From Octopus vulgaris (lineage: Eukaryota): 64,000 nt of DNA. Shown here piece by piece: positions 53,620 to 64,000 of this stretch (positions within the stretch are counted from its first letter, which is position 1; the number at the start of each line of letters is the position of its first letter). Location: NCBI GenBank assembly GCA_951406725.2, contig OX597823.1, forward strand, positions 186,001 to 250,000. Direction: 5' to 3'. The translations under genes and the position numbers were made by a program. The notes beneath the pieces were generated by a model that was not told the origin of the DNA, made no database searches, and saw only the letters and a program-made list of their open reading frames with translations.

Positions 53620-55417
53620 TTTTTTTCTAGTTTCAGCTCAGAGCTGCGGCCATGCTGATGCACCGCCGTTTTGTGCTACACTGTTATTACGACGAACCTT
53701 GTCTAATATGTGGCACTTGGTGAAGAATGGAGTTTGATATAGCTACTCTCATTTGCACCTCTTGCCGTGAGGTAGGTTCATCTGGGACTCTTGACAGGAA
53801 GATGTCCAGCTTTGATTTAAAAACTGCTACATCTACTTTGTGCAAGTTCCTCAGACTCTTTGGGAGAATATTAAAAAGCTGTGGGCCCTTGAAACCCAGG
53901 CTGTTGCAGAAGCTGGTCCTGAAGCGTGATGGCATTGCTGGGATCTTTGGCACTATGCAGTGTCGTCCCGTTCTAGCATTGGTGTAGCTTACAATGGCAA
54001 AATTTGGCACAATTCCTTCCAGGATCTTCCAGACATATATTACTGCATACCTCTCCCGTCTTCTCTCCAGGGAGTAGAGTCTTAGCTGTTTCAACCTTTT
54101 CCAGTAGCTGAGCTGTTGCAAAGAGACGATCTTCTTTGTGAATCTTCTCTGGATTGCTTCAAGGTCCTCTGTTAATTTTACACTGGTGGGTGACCATAGC
54201 TGTGAGCAGTAATCCAGGCAGCTGAGGACGAATGTCCGCCAGAGGACCATCATGGTTTCCTTATCTCTGGTTCTGAATGTTCTCAGGATCCACCCAGCCA
54301 GTTGTCTGCACTTTGTTGCCATCCTGGTAATGTGCACTTGGAAAGAGGTATCATCACTCATGTCGATACCCAGGTCCCTCACACACTTAGGCTCTGGGAT
54401 TGAAATTCCCTGTGGACCGGTGTATCCTGTAAGTTTAATATTCAGCTTTGGATGCTGGTAGCGCAGGGCCTGGAATTTTTCAGCATTAAACTGCATATTA
54501 TTATCCTCAGCCCATCTGTAGATTGAGTCCAACTCCTGCTGCAGGTGTGCAACATCGCTGGGGTTCTGAATTATCTGCAAGACTTTCGTATCGTCTGCAT
54601 AGCTTGCCAGAGTGGCTATCTGGGCATTTGAGGGCATATCTGAGAGGGCCACTATAAAAAGCAGTGGTCCCAAGACAGTGCCCTGTGGAACACCGCTCAC
54701 TATTTGTGTGTTCATAGAGGTGGCTCCATTAACCACTACTGCCTGACTCCTATCTTTCAGGAAGTCATGCAACCACACTCCAAGTTTTCCAGCTATGCCG
54801 AGGTCACGTAGTTTGTGGCATATCATACCATGATCCACCTTGTCAAAAGCTTTTGCAAAATCAAGGTAGATTACGTCCACATTTGATCTGTTGAGTAACT
54901 GCCTCAACACCCAGTCATAATGCTGTAAGAGCTGGGTCAGGCAGCTCCTACCTGGTCGAAAACCATGCTGGGTATTACTCAGCAAGTTATTTTCCTCAAG
55001 GAATGCGATTAGTTTCTTTCTGACTATCCTTTCCATGACTTTGCTGATGTGTGAAGTCAGAGAGATAGGCCTATAGTTTTTGGCATCTGCTCTACTTCCC
55101 CCTTTATGTATTGGGCATATTATTCCCTCCTTCAGCTTGCTTGGCAGTTTGCCATTCGCAAGAAAGCTCTGGAAGAAAATCTTGAGGGGTTTTGCCAGGG
55201 CATGCTTGCACGCTTTGAGGAGGATGGCTGGGAAACCATCTGGAACCAGCAGCTGAGTTTGTGTCCACTTCATCTATGGCAAGTAGGACATCTTTTTCGC
55301 TAATGTCAATACATTCTATTGTAACCGCCTCACTGGTTATAGGTGAGGCGGCAAAGAAGTCCACTTGTCTGTGTTCCAATGGGGTGGTAAAGACACTTTT
55401 GAACTGGTCATTCAGCA

Positions 55418-55421
<4 letters not shown>
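53620..55421 (-). mobile_element. 5'-truncated CR1-group LINE (RT ORF 53687-55273, one frameshift near 55245)
   Basis: NYRPISLTS, QHGFRPGRSC, YLDFAKAFDKV, SGVPQGTVLGPLLF, YADDTK and LYSLERRR motifs. Short 3' UTR ending in an A-run; (TA)n on both sides. Confidence 0.93.
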
Positions 55422-55475
<54 letters not shown>

Positions 55476-55798
55476 ACATATATATATACACACATATATA
55501 TATATACACACACACACATATATATATACATATATATATACATACATATACATATATATACATATGTATACATATATATATATATACATATATATACATA
55601 TGTATACATATATATGATATATATATACATATATACGTGTGTATATATATATATATATACACACATATACATATGTATACATATATATGATATATATATA
55701 CATATATACGTGTGTGTATATATATATATATACACACATATACATATGTATACATATATATACACATATACATATGTATATATATATACATATATACG

Positions 55799-55830
<32 letters not shown>

Positions 55831-55885
55831 CGTATGTATATATATATATACATATACACGTATATATATATATATAGATATATAC

Positions 55886-55918
<33 letters not shown>

Positions 55919-55935
55919 AACACATATATATATTT
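55422..55935. repeat. (TA)/(TACA) low-complexity tract
   Basis: Direct inspection. Confidence 0.97.
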
Positions 55936-55939
55936 GTAT

Positions 55940-56130
55940 ATAAAGTTAATCCAAACATGAAAACACAAAGAGAAAACACAACAACGCGAGGATGTGGAAC
56001 AAGTATAGTGTTATTGGACGCTCAGGAAAGAAGGAGGATATAACGTTTCGAGTGGAGCTCTTCGTCAGAAACATAGGAAAAGGAAAGATCCAAGGAAGGG
56101 AAGACGGAGGAAAAAAATCGCCAATGATAC
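55940..56130 (-). mobile_element. Penelope-like terminal fragment with minimal type I hammerhead core (56038-56072)
   Basis: Minus strand CUGACGA-A-GAG(cucca)CUC-GAAA-CG-UU: intact core, 1-bp stem III with palindromic ACGU, degenerate stem I. Confidence 0.6.
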
Positions 56131-56399
56131 ATACACAGTCACATATATATATATACACACATACATATATATACACACATATATATATATATACACACAC
56201 ACACATATATATATACATATATATATAAAGAGATATTTATATATATATATATATAATTTGAAGACAGGAAACAATTGTAGTGGCGATTTATTTACTTTAT
56301 ATTAAAATTTTTTTATGTATTGATTAAGTCTTTCCTTGTTTGATTTACAAAATAGTGGTTTTGTCTCTAATTAATATTATATATATATATATATATAAA

Positions 56400-57386
56400 C
56401 ATTTTGGAATTTATTGCATTTTTAAATTTTGGAATCTATTTTGTTTTTTTCTAGTTAAGTTTAGTTAATTTTTGTTTATCTTCAGATCATTAAAATGGAA
56501 TGTTAAGTTAGAAAAACGAGCATTTTGACACCTCCTCCTTTTTGCTTTTAATCAAGGTTCTAAGGCTGCAAAAGCAGAGAAAATGGAATGCTCCCACACT
56601 GCTATAGAGAAGCATCTTCACTCGATGGAGAAGGTTCAGAAGTATAGAGCATGGGTTCTGCATGCTTTAAGTGACAACAACAAAAATCAACGAGCCACAA
56701 TCTCCGCTGGTTTGCTTGCTCATCACCGCTTAACACATGGACCCAAGCAACGATTTCTTTACCGGATCGTTACTGGCAATGAAAAATGGAGCCTGTACAT
56801 CAATATGAAGCAGCGTAAGGAATGGCTTAGCTCCGGTAAACAAGATCTTCATCTGCGTAAAACGATGTTGTGCATATGGTGGGACTGGGAAGGGATTATC
56901 CATTACGAATTGCTTGAATGGAACCAAACGGTCAATGCAAAACTCTATGTTCAACAGATGGAACGACTCAACATGGCTATTCAAGAGAAAAGACCTAATT
57001 GGCAGCATGGAGTTCTGCTACTGCACGACAACGCCCACCCTCATATCGCCAATATGACCAAGGAAGCCATTCAAATGCATGGCTGGGAAGTGCTGCCACA
57101 CCCTCCATACTCTCCTGATGTGGCACCAATGAATTTTCAGCTCTTTCGATCTCTTTCAAATGCTGTGTGTGGAGTTTCGTTCAATATTGATGCAGAATTG
57201 AGAGCTTGGTTGGATCAATTTTTTTGAGTCGAAATCGGGTGATTTCTACCAATGAGGTATTGAAAATCTCGTTGAACATTGGGAAGAAGTTGTAAACAAC
57301 AATGGTGAATATATTATTGATTAATTAGTTGTTATTTTTTATTAAACCTTTTAAAAAATGGCGGGAATTTAGTTGCCAAACTAATA
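56400..57386 (+). mobile_element. Inactive mariner element (transposase ORF 56583-57227)
   Basis: WVLHAL, IVTGNEKW, HDNAHPH and HPPYSPDVAPMN motifs. First and third catalytic Asp replaced by Asn. Right TIR-like end ttgccaaactaaTA. Confidence 0.92.
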
Positions 57387-57389
57387 AAT

Positions 57390-58800
57390 TCTCACCAGAA
57401 ATGGGATAGAGAGATTCTTGTAAATGCAAAGTCTTTCTCAGGGAAAGGATGTACAATCTAATATAGATTAGTGGTTAGTGACTTCAAGCTCAGAGCTAGA
57501 AGGACTCAAAGAAATAGACCAGTCTGGAAAAGAAAAACATGGAAACTCAAAGACCCAGCAAATAGATACTTCCAGCAAAAAAGCAGAGGAGTTAGAGATA
57601 TATGGCATAGAAGACCTAATCTGTGGCTGCTACAAAGTCTGGCCAAACTGAGGATAATGTGATGCAGGGAACAATGAGGTAGACAGAGTTGTAGAAGTGA
57701 ACGGACATGCCTGAAAAGATTGGAAGAATGGGGGTAATAAAGAAATATAGAAGGTAACAAGGAGGGAAGTTAGGCAACAGGTTTACATAGCAAAAAGAAA
57801 AGCAGAATGGAGGAGATTTGTCACTGTTCTGCAGTGTGAGGATGAGAGGCATGAGGTGTTGCAGAGCATGAGGCACTATTGTCATCATCGTCGTTTAATG
57901 TTCAGTTTCCATACTGACATGGATTGGATGGTTTGACAGGAGCCGACAAGCTAGAAGACAGCCTAAAGTTTCTCGGACTAGATGCCGTTCCTAACACCAA
58001 CCAATTTACAGAGCATACAGGATACTTTTTACATGGCACCAGAGAAAATGATGTTGTGGGTGAAAAGCATGTGATGATGGATGATGGTCCATTTGCACTT
58101 GGAGACTCTGAAGAGGAAAGAAGCAAGGAAGAAGTGCTACTATGAAAGACTATTATTAAATGTGGAGAATGTGAGGGAGAAAGAAGATCATCCTAATGTG
58201 AACCCAACAGAAGGACAAAGAATCTAAGTTAACAGCAGTAAGATAAACAAGGCAATTAAAGGCATAAAGACAGGATCAGGAAAATGCTGATGGTTATGTG
58301 GAATAGGATATGGCCTCATAACTCATATTGTGAATCACGTTGTACAGGAAATGATCAAACTCAGTGATTCGAGTAGCAGCATGATGGTTAGCTTTTGCAA
58401 TGGTAAAGGAGAAGCTTTAGATAAAAGTAAATAGAGGGGTATCAGTTTGCAGGAGCAGGTCATGAAAGTTAGAAAGAGAGACTTACAGCCTGATTAATTA
58501 GGAAAAGAATTAACCTAAATGAGAGACAGTTTGGTGCTAGGGAGAAATATTACGGGGACCATATTCCTCGGAAGACAACTGCAGGAGAAATATTTGGCAA
58601 AACATCGACCAAAGTGTATGGCATTCATTGACTTGGAGAAAACCTTCAACAGGGTCACTTGTTCTATGATGTGGTAGTGTCTGAAGGGGCCGGGGGTAGA
58701 CAACAGGTAGTTCTATCAGACAAGTGAGAGTCATGAGCAAAGCAATGAATTTAGAGTAGACATAGGAATTCGCCAAAGTTTGCTTCTCAGTTTCCTCCTG
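57390..58800 (+). pseudogene. Decayed RTE LINE of the same family as 24400-26072, interrupted by an RTE tail insertion (about 57880-58040)
   Basis: Remnants LVVSDFKL, MDDGPFAL and RQLQEKYLAK...FIDLEKTFNRV. Confidence 0.8.
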
Positions 58801-59399
58801 TTTGTTTTCTCTCCTCAATAACAAGACAGTCTTTCTCCACACCAATGAAACACATTAGGAAAATGACTTCAAGGTTTTTAGAAACCTTGTAAACATTCTT
58901 GTCAATGAGGAAATACTACCAACAATAGGCATAATACACACACATGTATATGGCAACCTCATTGGTGCCTCTAGCCTAAAAAAAACAGAACAGCCAACAC
59001 ATGCTGTGAAGTGGTTGGAGTTAGGAGAGGTGCCTAACTGTGGGCACCTTGCCAAAGCAGACATTGGAGTTTGACTGATGCAGCTCTGCAGTGAGCAAAA
59101 TCCAGTCAAACTGTCCAGTATGGCAAAATGGCCATTGAATGAGGAGGAGATATATGTGAGTGTGCACACACACCTTAAATATGATTAATAACTTTTCAGA
59201 TGCCTCCGATTGCCAAAAGTGAGACAAATGACTATTGCACTTGCAGGAGATAAATGAGAAAGACTAATACAGATTAGCCATTGCCCCTCTTCTTGAAATG
59301 TAAGCACACACACACGCACACACACACATGCACACACACACACACACACGCATGCACGCACACACACACACATTTACACTTGCATGTGTGTATGAGTTG

Positions 59400-60265
59400 T
59401 GTGATTCTAACATCCAAGAAGATACCCAAAGCTGACCAGAAATATTCTTTGTTGGACAAGCCTGTTGTAGTTCAGGCTTCTGACACTAGAGGCCACTTGA
59501 TGCAACCGTTGGGCATCAATCTGCTGACCAGCACTATTGTGTGAGGTCGTGTGGTTTGTCTTTATTTTACAGTGCTTCTCCCCTGTTCTTCAATTTTTGT
59601 GACGACTGAAACAAAGGAACCGCGTGCTTCTGTGAAATTCTGTTTTCTGCTGGGGAAAACCACGACCGAAACTGTTGTCATGCTTCGAACAACTTAAAAG
59701 GGTGCTGCCATGAGCAAAACACAAGTTTACGAGTGGTTTCCATGCTTTAGGAATGGTCATTTGAAGACCAGCCTTGTTCAGGACGACCTGAACGAATGAA
59801 AACGTCATGAAAATTCCTGAACTAATCTTGGTCAACCATCAAAAGACAATTGATGAACTTTCTGATACGACTGGTGTTTCCCGGAGCTCCTGCCAACAAA
59901 TTCCAAGTGAGGAATTGTGAATGGAAAGAGCTGCAGCAAAATTTGTGCCACACTTACTCACAGAAGATCGGAAACAGTCACAACTGAATGCATGTCATGG
60001 AACTGAAAGAACAGCCGGAAGTTGATCCGGACCTTTTTTTCGAAGGTCATCACTGGTGACGAAAACTGGTGCTACGGAATTTGCAGATGTGGAAGAGGTG
60101 AAGAAAAGAACGACGGAGGTGTTAAAAGACATCACTTCACTAGAGTTGCAGCTCAGAACATTGGAAAACACACCTGGACTGATGCATTGCTTCCAATGAA
60201 TACTTTAAAGGTGATAAACATGTAAAACTAAGTCAATAAAATAATACTGCAAAATTCTGGTTTCA
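59400..60265 (+). pseudogene. Decayed mariner transposase
   Basis: Remnants VKFCFLLGKT, MSKTQVYEWF, AKFVPHLLT and KVITGDENWCY. Confidence 0.85.
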
Positions 60266-62751
60266 TTTTATAATTCAATTAAAAATTCTTACGAAGAAAA
60301 GATTTTTTTCTATTTTTATTTTATTTTTGTACAGGGAAGAAGGGTACAACAATAACAACTACAACGCACTTTAAAAAAAAACATAGACCCCCCCCACTCT
60401 TGCTACCACAAAAAAAACAAACAAACAAAAAAAAAAAAAACAAAGCAAAACAGAAATGAGTTGGTAGCAATGAAATTTGAAATAATGCCTTTGGAAGTTA
60501 GAAATAAATATTTCTAGAAATGAAATTATGATTCAAATATGGAAGAAAGCTAATGTTGGGGATTCCAGATTATCTGAAGTGCTTTCCACAGAAACTTGCA
60601 AGTAATGAGTCAGAAATGAAGAGTTCTAAATAAATGAGTCAGCCTTGCTAAAGAATAGATTTGAATAGAGAGGGGGGGGGGGGAGGGAATGATTGAGTTC
60701 CACTTGCTTTAGTTCTCATTCTTTTTCTTGTCCTCAACTGAACTTGGCTGTAAGTAGTCATCTATGACTAATATGTGCATTTAAAAGAGTACAAACGTGT
60801 GAATGAATGTTATGTGTATTGTGTGGGGGCAGAAATAGCATGAAATGCTTTCAAAGTAACAGGGAATTGTGTGTGGTATGCGATGACATAGTGAATGATG
60901 TAGCAGCATCTGACATAATGATTCAGCGGTTATTGCATATAATGGCTAAGGTGTTGTGTAATGTGTGGAAAGATGCACATGAAAATACAAATGGGGTTAT
61001 TATTAAAAGCCTCACCCGACCTCTATTCTATCAAGGTTTGGTAATGTTTAGAGATTTCAATCAATACATATAGAGCCAAGTAGATATTTCACAGCTGGGT
61101 GTCCTATTGGCAATGGCATGAGGCACTAACAATCTGTGTAACTTAACTATTTCCTCTTCATGCTAAATTTTCTAAGTGATTTCTTTCTTACAAAAATCAA
61201 AATCATACAGAATCGCCTGAGTGAGACGTAATGCTTATGTTGACAGGAATTACTGTTTTAAGGAACATTGTATTGACAGAAAAGCAGAATAACAATGTTT
61301 TGTTGTAGAGAAGGCAATGGAATAGAATAGCTGTCTCACACATTCAGCTTAGGTATCCCAGGAAATCCTTTTCTGTTACCAACAATTCATGTGCTTATAG
61401 ATTTTTGGACAGCATCATTGGAATGAGAAGTCCCACCAGCTGACCAAAACACAAATGGGCTCAGATTTAATTACTGGTATTATACTGAATACCTTGATTA
61501 ACCAGTGACTTGTTTCAACTCAGAATTATCTCAAGTGTTTAAATTTGTTATAACCTAATCAAGAAGAGGGGTTACCCAAGGGACTGGTAATGTTAAAATG
61601 GGTAACTAAAAAGGGATAAATGCCAGCACTGAGAGATGGTTTTTATCAGTTAATATATCAAACCCAGGTATGATAATTAAACCTTAATCAGATTTTCTTA
61701 AGATATTACTTGCTAAGAAGGTTTCTTGCCATTACAAAAATCATTGTCGGATATTTTTGAAATCTTTTATTGAAATGTAATTATTACACTCTGCATGTTT
61801 TATTTTTAATCTGAATGTGATTTGCAGTTGCTTCAAATTGCATACAACCATCTCGTCTGTGAGCAATGATCGTATTTGAAGTGAATTAACAACAGGACAG
61901 ACCTTTGTATGATTTAATGTTATGAAAACAAATCTTGTTTGATATGAATTCAAATTGCATTAATTTCTGTGAAGTGAGGCAAGCAGCATTTGCTAAAACT
62001 TCAAAGGATTGAGATTTGAAAATGCTTCTTACTTAAATGAGCTGATGATAGTAAGAAAGTATAAAGGTCACAGTTGTGGACAGTTGTATATGCATGTTTG
62101 GTGGGAAGAAAAGAGCAAAAGAAAATAAATTAGGTTTCTAAAATTAGCCAATTAACTATTTCTGAAAGAAAGTTGTGTGTGTGTGTGAGCATGTGTGTGT
62201 GCATTATATAATTCCTTTATGTAAAACACAATTCACCAATATATTTTTGTCACAACCCTAATAATTCTACATTGATGCCGCTAGGATCTAAGTGGGGTTG
62301 TCTGTGGCAGATATTGGTGACTGAATTTCTTTTAATTTATTAATATCTATTTTCACAAGGTAAAGCTAACTCTAACAGGATGTTTGGGAAAACTAGAGAG
62401 TTTAGATCACTTAGACAAGTGGTGAATTTATAATAGCAAATACAATCTAACAATCGCAATATTAAAAAAAAAATTCACTTAATTAAGAATTAAGCCCTGG
62501 ATTAATGAGAGGGAATAGATTGTTGGAATGTTCATGTCAGCCTCACTGACAAATATGTGATGCAGCACAAAACTGTCAATTTAAAGCCAATCTTAGCTTA
62601 ACTTTCAATAACAACGCTTTTATTTTCTAATGGAGGGAAAAACATGCTACATTACAATGCAGCACAAAAACAATGCATTTAAGTAATTATAGAAATGGGT
62701 GTAACACAGATAATTAACAAACAGATATCAATGTAAACATTTAATTATATA

Positions 62752-63060
62752 TCATCATCATTTAATGTCCGTTGTCCATGGGTTAGACAGTGGGACCAGG
62801 GCTGGTAAGCTGAGGGGGCTGCACCAGACTCCACTCTGATTTGGCATGGTTTCTATGGTTGGATGCTCTTCCAAATGCCAACCACTCCAAATGTGTAATG
62901 GGTGTTTTTACGTATCACTGGCATGGGTGCCAGTTGTGACTCTTCAGTATCTGCCATGACTATGATTTCATTTGGCTTGAGGGGTCTTCAACTCAAGCAC
63001 GGCATGTTGCTAAACATCTCAGTCATTTGTCATTGCTTCCATGAGGCCCAACACTTGAAA
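62752..63060 (-). mobile_element. RTE-LINE 3' UTR fragment
   Basis: atcatcatcatttaatgtccgt...ggctgcaccagactcc... Confidence 0.78.
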
Positions 63061-63166
63061 GGTGCTAGTCACACGACACCAGCATGGGTGCTAGTCACAC
63101 GACACCAGCATTGACCATGAATAGGTAAATAAGAGAAATATACGAATACTCAAAATAAGGGTTTAA

Positions 63167-63386
63167 CCGTTTAGCATTGAGATTACTCAGTCAAATTCAA
63201 TGCTTCTTTATCCACTTTGTTTTCAACTGATCCTGCATAATCCCATAACTTTGAGAGTTCAATGATGTGATTGATTAATTTTAGAATGACATTGTAGGGT
63301 AAGCGTGAGAGGCTGGATCTGGTCAGTTTGAACTTATAATAAGTAGAATGCTTCGGTTTGATATGGCCAATCTAAATGCTGAAGGG
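63167..63386. mobile_element. 220-bp piggyBac-like MITE
   Basis: TTAA|ccgtttagcatt ... aatgctgaaggg|TTAA. Confidence 0.8.
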
Positions 63387-64000
63387 TTAAAACCATAAAT
63401 TTATTGAGGAAAAGTACAGCTGATGGAATAGATACCACTATACAGCTGGGTAGCTTTTAATTGGAACCAGGAAGATGAAAGGAAAAGTCAGCCCTAGCAA
63501 GATGAAAGGCAATAGCTCCTGGGAGATTTGAACTTACAAAATAGGTGTTAACTAAATACAGAGAGGCATTTACTATGATATTTCATTACTTTAACAATAA
63601 CATTGATAACTAATAATGATTGCTTGTGTTTTCTTTTACAGTCATGGAACCGTTTATTTATTAGGATGAAAGGAAATGCAAAGTTGTATGTTCTTGGTTT
63701 GCAAACAACTTACAACTGTACATAGAAGAAAAACAGCAATAATTCAAAGTAACGCCTCAGTTGAAACAACACAGCAGGCTCAAATAGGGAGTTAATTTGT
63801 TAAAAAGAGGGTAAGAACATATTTTGGGAACAGCTAAGAGTTGAGAAGGAGAGAGAGAGAAAAAAAAATTATATATATATATATATAATGCACACACACA
63901 CACACACACACACACATAAGATATCAAGAGTTTAGTGTGAAGAGGTACGGTTGGTGGGTGAATTGTAGTAGGCCTTGAATGGAGTAGGAGAAAGCCAGAG

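Noticed and set aside
53001-56274. Long Ile/Tyr-rich ORFs on both strands (also near 12481, 32208 and 52529)
   Set aside because: These are translations of (TA)n/(TACA)n microsatellites.
56583-57227. Active or domesticated mariner transposase
   Set aside because: Two catalytic Asp are replaced by Asn, the N-terminal HTH region is largely deleted, there is a premature stop, and the left TIR was not found.

Overview
AT-rich, repeat-dense animal genomic DNA. The SINE, RTE-tail and microsatellite landscape points to a coleoid cephalopod (octopus-like); this is an inference. The only host gene I can support is a PTPN4/PTPN3 (Ptpmeg)-type tyrosine phosphatase on the minus strand. Seven phase-compatible GT-AG exons (19879 down to 859) encode the PDZ domain, a linker and the N-terminal part of the PTP catalytic domain. 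The gene runs off the left edge, and no FERM exon was recognised in the 44 kb upstream. The introns hold a 15-copy 145-bp tandem array, RTE and CR1 LINE fragments, at least three tRNA-headed SINE families, mariner, Chapaev-like, hAT, pogo-like, piggyBac-like and MULE-like relics, a Helitron carrying ORF1-only retroelements, and Penelope-like fragments with hammerhead motifs. The most unusual signals are: (1) a complete hammerhead core at 31327-31388 whose three strands are joined in a non-canonical order; (2) several ATG-initiated phase-0 mini-exons that could give FERM-less PDZ-PTP isoforms with different N-termini; (3) a Helitron/ORF1-only composite; (4) two LINE-SINE pairs sharing 3' tails, both visible in this window. 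Most ORF-track entries are microsatellite or repeat artefacts. Exon coordinates were hand-counted; repeat boundaries are approximate unless TIRs or TSDs are quoted.
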